A stretch of 64,000 nt of DNA, from positions 68,973-132,972 of the forward strand of contig CAWEVH010000026.1 of assembly GCA_963812415.1 (NCBI GenBank). The letters run 5' to 3'. The stretch comes from an uncultured Thermoleophilaceae bacterium. Its GTDB lineage: Bacteria > Actinomycetota > Thermoleophilia > Solirubrobacterales > Thermoleophilaceae. A program made the position numbers and the translations under genes. The notes under the pieces are model-generated. The model was not told where the DNA came from, ran no database searches, and worked only from the letters and a program-made list of their open reading frames with translations. Below, in pieces: positions 1 through 8,247 of the stretch (the first letter of the stretch is position 1; each line of letters begins with the position of its first letter).

Positions 1-985
1 CGAGCAGCGCCCGCTCGCGCATGCCGGCGATCCCCGCCGTCCCGGCTGGCAGCTGCGCCGGCAGGCCCTTGCCGTCGTCGGCCACGCGGAGCGTCACGCT
101 CTCCGCATCCGCCTCGAGCGACACCGTCACCGAGCGCGCGTCGGAGTGACGCAAGGTGTTTGTGAGGCTCTCCTGGGCGATCCGGTAGAGGACGAGCTCC
201 ACCTCCGCAGGCAGGGGCGGAAGGGTCCCCTGCAGCTCCCGCTTGACCCGTGGCCCGTTCTGGGCCCCGACGCGTGTGGTGAGCGCGATCAGCGCATTCA
301 CGAGCCCGAGGTCATCGAGCGCCTCCGGTCGCAGTTCGCGGGCGATCCGCCGCACCTCGTCGAGGCTCTCCCGAACCGCGTCGGCTACCCGGCGCAGAGC
401 ATCAGGCGCCAGCGCCGGATCGCCATCCGCCGCCCGCTCGGCCTGGATCGTGACGGCGGTGAGCGTCTGCCCAATCTCGTCGTGGAGCTCCCGCGCCACG
501 CGCAGCCGCTCGGCCTCCTGTGCGGCGAGCGCGGTGCGCGACGCCTGATGGCGGGCACTCTCGAGCCTGTCGAGCATGGCGTTGAAAGCACGCGCCATGG
601 CCTGGCCCTCAGCGCTACGTGGATCGACGCCAGATAGCCGCCGGCCCGGCCTGTCCGGGTCGATCGAGCTCATCACCTCGGTGAGCCTGAACAGCGGTGA
701 CAGGACCCTCCGTAACAGGACCAGGTCCACGCCGACGAGCACGACGAAGCCCGCCAGGAGCAGCGCGAACTGCTCGATCTTGATCGGCGCGTCGATCTCG
801 ATCGGGCTGAAGGTCAACAGAAGAAGCGCCACGATGAGCACTGCCCCGTTCGCGAGGAAGACCCACCACAGCAACGACATCGGGTGCGCGCGCCTTGTCT
901 CCGCCAGCGACGCCCCACCGTCACGGGGGGCAGACCTGGAGCGCGCGTCCAGTGACGGGCCTGCGGCCGGGGGTGTCGAAGTCAT
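1..985 (-). CDS. NarL-type sensor histidine kinase (2 TM, HisKA_3, HATPase_c); 3-prime end runs off the window
   Basis: My own minus-strand translation from ATG 985..983: MTSTPPAAG...LLWWVFLANGAVLIVALLLLTFSP...AAQEAERLRVARELHDEIGQTLTAV (H-box)...YRIAQESLTNTLRHS...VADDGKGLP. It is not in the ORF track because no stop is reached before position 1. Track ORF 146..637(+) is its antisense. Clear paralog of the kinase at 59800..60942. Confidence 0.85.
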   Translation of the reverse strand, partial: MTSTPPAAGPSLDARSRSAPRDGGASLAETRRAHPMSLLWWVFLANGAVLIVALLLLTFSPIEIDAPIKIEQFALLLAGFVVLVGVDLVLLRRVLSPLFRLTEVMSSIDPDRPGRRLSGVDPRSAEGQAMARAFNAMLDRLESARHQASRTALAAQEAERLRVARELHDEIGQTLTAVTIQAERAADGDPALAPDALRRVADAVRESLDEVRRIARELRPEALDDLGLVNALIALTTRVGAQNGPRVKRELQGTLPPLPAEVELVLYRIAQESLTNTLRHSDARSVTVSLEADAESVTLRVADDGKGLPAQLPAGTAGIAGMRERALL

Positions 986-1483
986 GGGCTCGACACTGTC
1001 GAGCCTATCCCTGACTGTCGAGCTGAACGCACCGTCGCCGAGCTGCCGGAAGCGCCGACGGGACGGCGCGTGGCGGGGTGGGACGGGGCGCATGACGCTA
1101 GCTTCGCTGCCGGGCCCTGACTTAGCGATGGGTACTAGCACGCATTTGGCCCGCCTGCGAGGCGGGGATCGGCAGATTGCACGTGTCCCCTTGGTGCCGG
1201 TTGGCAGCGCCTAGATCGAACGCGTACTGCGCCCATGGCTGCGGCTTGAAAGCCCTCCTTCCGGCAGAGGCCGCATCCCACGCGAGCAGCATTCTCGTCC
1301 GTGCCCCGACGACCCGGACTTCGGCCAGGCCGACAGCTCTAGACGATCCCCGAGCAGTGCACCGATCGCGACGCCTACGTGGAGCCCGCCCGCGACGTCG
1401 CGCCCGCGGACCGTGGTCCGCCGGGTGGCGAGCTATCCCGATCAACGCAGCCTTCCGCAATAAGGCGACTCTCGCGCAGCGCC

Positions 1484-1570
1484 GAATCTGGGGCCGTTTA
1501 TGTATGGACGCGCCGCCGCCCCGCACCCAGCATTCGGGGATCACACCGCAGTCCGACCAGGGAGCACAGC
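1484..1570 (+). promoter_or_regulatory. Conserved upstream leader of the zinc-ribbon gene (TATGTATGG box at 1499..1507)
   Basis: By eye it aligns with 59551..59629 upstream of the second zinc-ribbon gene. Shared blocks are tgggg, tTATGTATGG, gggnaTCA, tCCGaCCA, and a purine-rich SD just before the ATG. It is unusually AT-rich for this sequence. Confidence 0.45.
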
Positions 1571-1747
1571 ATGCGATTGTTCCGGCGCAAGCGCAGTGAC
1601 GACGACGAGACCGAGCGCTGTCCCCGCTGCAGTGAGCCCGTGCCCGAGGGGGCCGCCAAGTGCATGATGTGCGGACTTCCCCTAGAGCCGTTCCGTACGG
1701 CGTTGTCTAGCGAGGAGGCGGAGACACAGACGGCCGATCGCCCCTAA
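1571..1747 (+). CDS. Small zinc-ribbon protein (58 aa), paralog of 59630..59803
   Basis: MRLFRRKRSDDDETERCPRCSEPVPEGAAKCMMCGLPLEPF... has CPxC-N10-CxxC. GGGAG lies upstream of the ATG. It is the in-frame tail of track ORF 1379..1747. Same architecture and N-terminus as MSLFRRKTTIEDERERCPHCSERVPEGASECAMCG at 59630. Confidence 0.6.
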   Translation: MRLFRRKRSDDDETERCPRCSEPVPEGAAKCMMCGLPLEPFRTALSSEEAETQTADRP

Positions 1748-2120
1748 CCGATGAGCGCTGCGGTCTCGCGCGCGTCATCGGTGTGTCAACTTCGTCCTCC
1801 CGGCGGATCCGACCCAAACCCAGCCTGCCGGTAGGCGGCGTCCAGTGTCTCGCGGAGCAGCACCGCACCGCAGGCACGTATGGCCCGCTTGGCGTAGCCC
1901 GATCGGGCATAGGCCAAGAAGACCGTGTCCCGGGCCATGTACAGGTGCAGACCCTTCGCACTTTGACCACCGTCTTCACTGTCGGGCCCTGCGGCGGGCC
2001 TGCTCAACCGCGGCATGGACCGGCGTTACGGAACCGAACGCGGGGACCCGGGACTCCAGGGGGCCACTTCAGGGGTCGACGACTCTTTACACGTAGAACG
2101 CCACAGCAACGACGAGGAAA

Positions 2121-2209
2121 CGGAGGGGGAGGGATTCGAACCCTCGGTGGACCGAAAGGCGCACAACGGTTTTCGAGACCGCCCCGTTCAACCACTCCGG
2201 CACCCCTCC
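2121..2209 (-). tRNA. tRNA-Ser (anticodon CGA)
   Basis: The reverse complement reads GGAGGGGTGCCGGAGTGGTTGAACGGGGCGGTCTCGAAAACCGTTGTGCGCCTTTCGGTCCACCGAGGGTTCGAATCCCTCCCCCTCCG. It has a 7-bp acceptor stem, anticodon loop CTCGAAA, a long class II variable arm and a GGTTCGAATCC T-loop. CCA is not encoded. Confidence 0.9.
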
Positions 2210-2256
2210 GGGACCTGGAGATCATAGGGGCGTCGGCGATATCCGCCGGGCCGGGT

Positions 2257-3978
2257 CTACAGCACCAGGCCCGCCTCGAGCAGCCCGTCGAGCTCCTCGG
2301 GTGGCAGGGGGCGGGAGAAGAGGAAGCCCTGGCCGATCCGGCACTCGAGGTCGCGCAGGGCCGAGGCGTGGTCGTCGGTCTCGATGCCCTCCGCCACGAC
2401 CTGCATCGAAAGCGCGGCGCCCATCGCCAGGGCGGCGGCCACCAGCGCGGTGTCGGGCGAGTCGGGGCCCATGCCCTGGACGAACGAGCGGTCGATCTTG
2501 AGCACGTCGGCCGGCATGTGGCGCAGCTGGTCCAGCGAGGAGTAGCCGGTGCCGAAGTCGTCGATCGCCACGCAGACGCCCGCGAGGCTCAGCTCGCGCA
2601 GTGCGCGGAAGCCGGAGTCGCGGTCCGCCATCGCGGTGCTCTCGGTGACCTCGATGCAGAGGCAGGAGGGGTCGATCGCGGTGCGGCGGACGGCGCCGAG
2701 CACGGTGCTCACGATGTCCGGGTGGGAGAGCTCGCGCGCGCCGAGGTTCACCGACAGGCGCAGTCCGGCGGTCTCCTCGCGGTCCTGCCAGGTGCGCAGC
2801 CGGCGGCAGACCTCGCCGACGGCCCAGCTGCCGATCTCCACGATCAGCCCGCTCTCCTCGGCGACCTCGAGAAACGTCCCCGGTGCGAGCAGGCCGCGCT
2901 CGGGATGCTCCCAGCGCAGCAGGGCCTCGGCGCCGATCATGCGGCCGCTGACCAGGTCGACCTGCGGCTGGTAGTGGAGCCGCAGCTCGCCGTGCTCGAT
3001 CGCGCGCTGGAGCTCCTGCTCCACCTCGAGCGCCTTCACGGCCCGCTCGCGCATGCCCGTGTCGAAGAGCTCGGCGCGCGAGCCGCCGCGCTCCTTGGCG
3101 CGGTACATCGCGGCGTCGGCGTCCTCGACCAGGCGCTCCACGTCCACGGTCTCGCCGGGCTCGGCCAGCGCGACGCCGATGCTCGCCGACAGCCGCAGCT
3201 CGGCCGCGCCGATCCGGATCGGCTCGGCGAGCGGGCGCTGCAGGCGATCCGCCACACCCACGGCCTCGAGCACTCCCCCGAGCGACTCGCACAGGATCGT
3301 GAACTCGTCGCCGCCGAAGCGGGCCACGGTGTCCTCGGGGCGGAGCGTGGCTCGCAGCCGGCGCGCCACCTCGCGCAGCACCTCGTCGCCGGCGGCGTGG
3401 CCGAGGCTGTCGTTGATGCGCTTGAAGCGGTCGAGGTCCAGGAAGAAGACGGCGGTGCTGGCGTCCTGGTCGCGGCGCGACAGCGCGTGGGCGAGCCGGT
3501 CGGCGAAGAGGCCGCGGTTCGGCAGGCCGGTGAGCGAGTCGTAGAGCGCCAGGTGCTCGAGCTCGGCCTCCATGCGCTTGCGGTCGGTCACGTCGAGGAA
3601 GACGCCATAGAAGAGCGGCGGCTCGCGATCACCCACGCCGCGCACGACGGTCATCTCGTCGCGGATCCAGGCCCAGCGCCCGTCGGCGGTCCGCAGGCGG
3701 TACTCCTGCACGAGCGCGTGGCCCGAGCGCGCGCATTCGGCCTCGTTCTCGGTCACGCGCCCGTAGTCGTCCGGGTGCACGAGGCGGTCCCACATCGCGT
3801 CGTCCGCCATCCATTCCTCGCGCGTGTATCCGAGCACGCGCTCGATCGAGGGGCTGATGTAGGCGCAGCGGGCGTCGAGACCGGGCTCGTACACGTACGC
3901 GACGGACGGCAAGCCCTCGGGCAGGGGCCCGTACCTCGCCTCAATCGTGCGAAGCGCGCGCTCGCGATCCGAAGACAT
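2257..3978 (-). CDS. PAS-GGDEF-EAL c-di-GMP turnover protein
   Basis: Track ORF 2257..4215. The first 79 codons are Arg/Gly-rich and overlap tadA, so I place the start at ATG 3978 (MSSDRERAL). Motifs: RFGGDEFTIL, EALLRWEHP, DDFGTGYSSL. Confidence 0.9.
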   Translation of the reverse strand: MSSDRERALRTIEARYGPLPEGLPSVAYVYEPGLDARCAYISPSIERVLGYTREEWMADDAMWDRLVHPDDYGRVTENEAECARSGHALVQEYRLRTADGRWAWIRDEMTVVRGVGDREPPLFYGVFLDVTDRKRMEAELEHLALYDSLTGLPNRGLFADRLAHALSRRDQDASTAVFFLDLDRFKRINDSLGHAAGDEVLREVARRLRATLRPEDTVARFGGDEFTILCESLGGVLEAVGVADRLQRPLAEPIRIGAAELRLSASIGVALAEPGETVDVERLVEDADAAMYRAKERGGSRAELFDTGMRERAVKALEVEQELQRAIEHGELRLHYQPQVDLVSGRMIGAEALLRWEHPERGLLAPGTFLEVAEESGLIVEIGSWAVGEVCRRLRTWQDREETAGLRLSVNLGARELSHPDIVSTVLGAVRRTAIDPSCLCIEVTESTAMADRDSGFRALRELSLAGVCVAIDDFGTGYSSLDQLRHMPADVLKIDRSFVQGMGPDSPDTALVAAALAMGAALSMQVVAEGIETDDHASALRDLECRIGQGFLFSRPLPPEELDGLLEAGLVL

Positions 3979-4010
3979 CGCGGTTGTATCGGCAGGAACG
4001 GGCCCGACCA

Positions 4011-4475
4011 CTAGCGACGGGAGGCAAAGAACGCGCGCAGGAGGGCGGCCGCCTCGTCGGCGAGCAGCCCTCCGGTGACCACCGGGCGGTGGTTGAGGCG
4101 CGGCTCGGCCAGCACGTCCAGCACGCTGCCCGCCGCTCCGGCCTTCGGGTCGTCGGCCGCGTACACGACGCGCGGCACCCGGCCGAGCACGATCGCGCCC
4201 GCGCACATCGCGCACGGCTCGAGCGTGACGTAGAGCGCCGTGTCGAGCAGCCGCCAGCCGCCGAGCCGCTTGGACGCCTCGCGCAGGGCGAGGATCTCCG
4301 CGTGCGCGGTGGGGTCGCCGCGCAGCTCGCGCTCGTTCCGTGTGGCGGCCACCACCTCGCCGCCGTGGACGACCACCGCCCCGATCGGCACGTCGTCGTG
4401 CTCGACCGCGCGCTCGGCCTCGCGCAGCGCGAGGTGCATGAAGTACTCGTCGCGCGGGAACAGGCCGCTGATCAA
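4011..4475 (-). CDS. tadA: tRNA-specific adenosine deaminase
   Basis: This is the tail of track ORF 4011..5570: FPRDEYFMHLALREAE...HAEILALR...LEPCAMCAGA (deaminase zinc motifs). A TTG at 4475 overlaps the upstream stop as TTGA. An alternative start is ATG 4439. Confidence 0.85.
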   Translation of the reverse strand: MISGLFPRDEYFMHLALREAERAVEHDDVPIGAVVVHGGEVVAATRNERELRGDPTAHAEILALREASKRLGGWRLLDTALYVTLEPCAMCAGAIVLGRVPRVVYAADDPKAGAAGSVLDVLAEPRLNHRPVVTGGLLADEAAALLRAFFASRR

Positions 4476-5578
4476 GGGGCCACCAGCCGGCGGCCCAGGT
4501 AGCGCTCGGCCGCCCGCAGCCCCTCCAGCGCTCCCAGGCGCCCGGCGAGCCGCACCCCGGCCGCCGCCAGCGACATCGGGGAGGGCCGTACGCCGCCCAG
4601 CTGCCCGCCCTCGATCAGCTCGCGGTACCAGGCGATGGTCGCCTTGAGCGTCTGGTCGAGCGGGCGCGCGCGGTAACCGAGCTCGCGGCGCGCCTTGGCG
4701 GACGAGTAGCGCCAGCTCTGCGCCATGAGGACGACGCCCTGCGGCGAGATCAACATCGGCAGGCCGAGCTCGTCGACGGCGCGGGCGAGGTCGGCGGTCT
4801 CGGGCGGCAGCACCACCAGCGGGTGGTGCACCCCGGACAGCGCCGCAACGCGCTCGAAGAGCTCGGTCCAGCGCAGGTCGCGACCGCCCAGCACGTAGCG
4901 CTCGCCGGGCGCCCCGCGCTCTGCGGCCAGCAGGTGCCCCTTGGCCACATCGCGCACGTCGACGACGTTCGTCTCCCCGTCCACGATCGCGGGGAGTCGG
5001 CCGCGCAGGTAGTTGCCGATCATGCGCGTGGAGGTCTCGCCCGGTGCGCTCCGGTCGAGCGCGGGCCCGAAGACGTAGGAGGGGTTCACGATCACGACCT
5101 CGACGCCGAGCCGCGCGCCCGCCGCGAGCGCCTCCGCCTCGCCCTCGTGCTTGGCGTCCGGGTAGGAGAGCCCGAGCCCGGCACCGCGATACACGTCCTC
5201 CTCGTTGCCCGCGCGGTCGCCCGGCGCGGGACCGATCCCGGCGACGCTCGAGGTGAGCACCACGCGCCGCACGCCCTCGGCCGCGGCGGCCTCCACGGTC
5301 AGCCGCGGCGCCAGCGCGTTCACGCGCCAGACCCGCTCGGCCGGCCGCGAGCCAACGTAGCCGACGCAGTGGAACACGATCTCGCAGCCCCGCACGGCCC
5401 GCCGGAGCGCTCCGCGGTCGAGCACGTCGGCCTTCACGAGCTCGGGCTCCAGGTCGCCAAGCCGGGCCAGCCGGCGCTCGTCGCGATAGGTCGCGCGTAC
5501 GGGTCCGAGGCGCTCGGACGCAAGCTTCGTCACGTGCGCGCCGATGAAACCGGTGGCCCCGGTCACGCAAACCGTCAC
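4472..5578 (-). CDS. NAD-dependent epimerase/dehydratase (SDR family)
   Basis: Track ORF 4472..5578. Motifs: MTVCVTGATGFIGAHV Rossmann motif, SYPDAKHEGE (YxxxK). Confidence 0.85.
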   Translation of the reverse strand: MTVCVTGATGFIGAHVTKLASERLGPVRATYRDERRLARLGDLEPELVKADVLDRGALRRAVRGCEIVFHCVGYVGSRPAERVWRVNALAPRLTVEAAAAEGVRRVVLTSSVAGIGPAPGDRAGNEEDVYRGAGLGLSYPDAKHEGEAEALAAGARLGVEVVIVNPSYVFGPALDRSAPGETSTRMIGNYLRGRLPAIVDGETNVVDVRDVAKGHLLAAERGAPGERYVLGGRDLRWTELFERVAALSGVHHPLVVLPPETADLARAVDELGLPMLISPQGVVLMAQSWRYSSAKARRELGYRARPLDQTLKATIAWYRELIEGGQLGGVRPSPMSLAAAGVRLAGRLGALEGLRAAERYLGRRLVAP

Positions 5579-5640
5579 AACTTCGGCCGACCGGGGTTGT
5601 TCTCAGGCTCGTACACTCGAAGGAGCACCGTACCCCCTAC

Positions 5641-6951
5641 ATGCCGATCCGCTTTTCCCCCTCTCTGCTCGCGGCACTGGTAGCGCTGGCGGCGCTCGCG
5701 CTGCCGGCGGGAGCTGCGGCGAGCGACTACGTGCCGGGCGAGGTGATCGTCCACTACGAGGACGGCACGAGCGCGCACACCGAGGCGAGCGTGGAGGACC
5801 GCACCGGCACGGTCACCGAGCAGACGATCCCCGGCGGCTCCGATCAGCTCGCCATCGAGGACGGCGACTCCGTGCGCCAGACGATCGACGAGCTCGAGGC
5901 GCAGCCGAACGTGGCCTACGCGGTGCCGAACTGGCGCGCGCACGCGGCCGCGTTCACACCGAACGACCCGGGCTTCCGCCTCCAGTGGAACCTGTTCGAC
6001 ACCTGGGGCATCAACATGCCCGAGGCCTGGGACCTCGCCAGCCAGCTCGGCGCGCCCGGCGGCCGCGGCGCGGTGGTGGCGGTGCTCGACAGCGGCGTGG
6101 CCTTCGAGAGCCGCGGGCGCTTCAAGCGCGCGCCCGACCTGCGCCGCAAGGGGTTCGTGCGGCCATACGACTTCATCGGCCGCGACCGTCACCCCAACGA
6201 CTCCTTCGGCCACGGCACCCACGTGGCGGGCACGATCGCCCAGCGCACGGGCAACCGCCTGGGCACGGCGGGGATCGCCTACAACGCGCAGATCATGCCA
6301 CTGCGGGTGCTCGACGACGAGGGCTCCGGCGACTCGGCGGCCATCTCCCGCGCGATCCGCTACGCCGCCAAGTACAAGGCCGACGTGATCAACCTCTCCC
6401 TCGAGTTCCCCGCCGAGGTGCGGGCGAGCGAGATCCCCGACGTGCTCTCCGCCCTGCGCCGCGCGCGCCGCGCCGGCGTGGTGGTGGTGGCGGCGGCGGG
6501 CAACCAGGCGGACCCCGAGGTCGCCTATCCCGCTCGGGCGTCGTCTGTGATCGCCGTGGGGGCGACCACGATCAGCGGCTGCCAGGCCGACTACTCGAAC
6601 GGCGGGAGCGACCTCGACCTGGTGGCTCCCGGCGGGGGCGCGGACGCCCCCAACACGGACAGCGCATGGGACGTCGCGCACTGCCGCGTGGACGCGAACG
6701 GCCGCTCCATCTACCAGCAGACCTTCACCAGCGGGGTGCGCCGCTTCGGGCTGCCGGGCGGCTACGAGGGGACCTCGATGGCGAGCCCGCACGTGTCCGC
6801 CATCGCGGCCCTCGTGATCGGCACCAACCGGCTGGGCCCCGACCCCGGACCGCGCGCGATCGAGGAGCATCTCGAGGCCACCTCGCGGCCGACCGACCGC
6901 CCCGACCGCTACGGCGCCGGGCTGGTCGACGCGGCAGCAGCGTTGCGCTAA
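5641..6951 (+). CDS. Secreted S8 (subtilisin-like) serine peptidase
   Basis: Signal peptide MPIRFSPSLLAALVALAALALPAGAAA. Catalytic triad motifs: AVLDSGV, HGTHVAGT, GTSMASPHV. Confidence 0.9.
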   Translation: MPIRFSPSLLAALVALAALALPAGAAASDYVPGEVIVHYEDGTSAHTEASVEDRTGTVTEQTIPGGSDQLAIEDGDSVRQTIDELEAQPNVAYAVPNWRAHAAAFTPNDPGFRLQWNLFDTWGINMPEAWDLASQLGAPGGRGAVVAVLDSGVAFESRGRFKRAPDLRRKGFVRPYDFIGRDRHPNDSFGHGTHVAGTIAQRTGNRLGTAGIAYNAQIMPLRVLDDEGSGDSAAISRAIRYAAKYKADVINLSLEFPAEVRASEIPDVLSALRRARRAGVVVVAAAGNQADPEVAYPARASSVIAVGATTISGCQADYSNGGSDLDLVAPGGGADAPNTDSAWDVAHCRVDANGRSIYQQTFTSGVRRFGLPGGYEGTSMASPHVSAIAALVIGTNRLGPDPGPRAIEEHLEATSRPTDRPDRYGAGLVDAAAALR

Positions 6952-6963
6952 GCCCGGCGGCTC

Positions 6964-7407
6964 TTAGGTCGTCCGGATGATCATCACGCTGCAGGGCGCG
7001 TGATGGGAGACCTTGTTCGGCACGCTGCCGAGCAGGAAGCGCTTGGCTCCGGTCATTCCCTTGTTGCCGACCACGATCAGGTCCGCGTTCGTCTCCTCGG
7101 CCACGTCGAGGATGGCGTCGGCCGGATCGCCCTCGCGCGCGTGGATCTCCACCTCGATGCCCTTCGCCTCGAGCACCTGCGCGGCCTTGGTCAGCGTCTC
7201 GTTCACGTCCTCGCGCGGGTTGACCATCCACTGAAGGTCGTCGGGCACCTGGTCGCGTTCCTCCCTGAGCCGCCCCTCCGGCACCGGCTCGTAGGCGCTC
7301 ACGAGATGAACCTTCGCGCTCAGCTGCTCGGCCAGCTCGGTCGCCTGTCGCACCGCTTCCGAAGCGGTGCCCGATCCGTCAGTTCCCACCACCATCGAAG
7401 CGAACAC
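6964..7407 (-). CDS. Universal stress protein (UspA family)
   Basis: Track ORF 6964..7500. The sequence ...SMVVGTDGSGTASEAV...LIVVGNKGMTGAKRFLLGSVPNKVSHHAPCSVMIIR fits UspA. GTG 7407 is preceded by GGGAGGGAGG. An alternative start is ATG 7395. Confidence 0.85.
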   Translation of the reverse strand: MFASMVVGTDGSGTASEAVRQATELAEQLSAKVHLVSAYEPVPEGRLREERDQVPDDLQWMVNPREDVNETLTKAAQVLEAKGIEVEIHAREGDPADAILDVAEETNADLIVVGNKGMTGAKRFLLGSVPNKVSHHAPCSVMIIRTT

Positions 7408-7490
7408 AGCCCTCCCTCCCGGTTCTTGCGCAGTCCTCAACCGAAAATCATCATAAAACCATTGGCCGCCTGGCCAAAGAGCGGCTATGT

Positions 7491-8129
7491 TTGCCAGCAA
7501 TGTCCACTACACCCACGAGGTGTCTGGCCGTGGACGACCATCCGACCGTGAGGCAAGGACTCGGCCTCATGTTCGGCCACACACCCGACCTGGAGCTGGT
7601 CGGGAGCGTCGAAAACGGCGAAGGCGTGATCGACGCCGTGGCCCGCCTGCGCCCGCAGGTGGTGATCATGGACGTGCGCCTGCCGGGAATCGACGGCATT
7701 TCGGCGGTCAAGCGGATCGCCGAGGCGGCGCCCGAGGTGCAGACGGTGATGTTCTCGGCCTACGGGGACAAGCGCCTGCTCTCGGACGCGATCGCCGCCG
7801 GAGCCCGGGGCTACGTGCTGAAGGGCTCCCCGCCGGAGGACCTGCTGCGGGCGATCCGCACCGTTCAGGGCGGCAAGCCGTTCGTCGACCCCTCACTCTC
7901 GCCGGCGCTCCTGATGAACCAGGTGGGCCCCGACGCGCCGCTGTCGGAGCGCGAGCGCGAGATCCTCCAGCTGCTGGCGGAGGGCCTCCACACCGAGGAG
8001 GTCGCGCGCCGGATCGGCCTCTCGACCGAGACGGTGAAGTCGGACACCAAGCGCGCGATCCTCAAGCTCGAGGCCGACACGCGCGTGCACGCCGTGGCGA
8101 TCGCGCTCCGCCAGGCGATGATCGAGTAG
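7491..8129 (+). CDS. LuxR/NarL-family response regulator (orphan)
   Basis: REC domain (LAVDDHPTVRQG, VVIMDVRLPGIDG) followed by a LuxR HTH (LSEREREILQLLAEGLHTEEVARRIGLSTETVKSD). No kinase is adjacent. Confidence 0.9.
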   Translation: MPAMSTTPTRCLAVDDHPTVRQGLGLMFGHTPDLELVGSVENGEGVIDAVARLRPQVVIMDVRLPGIDGISAVKRIAEAAPEVQTVMFSAYGDKRLLSDAIAAGARGYVLKGSPPEDLLRAIRTVQGGKPFVDPSLSPALLMNQVGPDAPLSEREREILQLLAEGLHTEEVARRIGLSTETVKSDTKRAILKLEADTRVHAVAIALRQAMIE

Positions 8130-8154
8130 CGGCCCGATTTGCCAGGATGGCGGG

Positions 8155-8247
8155 GTGGAGCAGCCCCGCTTCTGGATCGTCGTTCAGGTGCTGATCGTGA
8201 TCTTCACGCTAATCGGCATGGTGATCGCGATCACGAAGCTGGCCTGA
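8155..8247 (+). CDS. Candidate 30-aa hydrophobic small protein (unlisted ORF)
   Basis: GTG 8155 to TGA 8245..8247 reads VEQPRFWIVVQVLIVIFTLIGMVIAITKLA. It has one clean TM helix and G/C at nearly every third codon position. AGGA lies 7 nt upstream. It sits 25 nt after the regulator stop, in a locally AT-richer stretch, and overlaps the AI-2E 3-prime end antisense by 17 nt. Confidence 0.35.
   Translation: MEQPRFWIVVQVLIVIFTLIGMVIAITKLA

Noticed and set aside
1-985. The two kinase genes at the window ends (1..985 minus, 59800..60942 plus) as inverted terminal repeats of a large mobile element
   Set aside because: They are diverged paralogous coding sequences with many synonymous and nonsynonymous differences, not near-identical repeats. 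No transposase, integrase or target-site duplication is present.
1786-2016. 76-aa minus-strand ORF next to tRNA-Ser as an integrase or toxin remnant marking a genomic island
   Set aside because: The translation (...MARDTVFLAYARSGYAKRAIRACGAVLLRETLDAAYRQ...) has no recombinase or toxin motif I can name. I noticed no direct repeat of the tRNA 3-prime end. The evidence is too weak to call.
1783-4014. 743-aa plus-strand ORF, along with similar giants at 5575..6870(-), 15396..17159(+), 20210..22741(-), 38090..39916(+), 40439..42127(+) and 25014..26837(-)
   Set aside because: All run antisense to genes with unmistakable family motifs. They are Arg/Ala/Gly/Pro-dominated low-complexity translations typical of the stop-poor antisense frames of very GC-rich DNA, and they contain no recognisable domain.
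7491-8129. The orphan LuxR-type response regulator as the partner of the left-edge kinase
   Set aside because: It is 6.5 kb away on the opposite strand with unrelated genes between. The kinase's own regulator is expected just beyond the left edge of the window.
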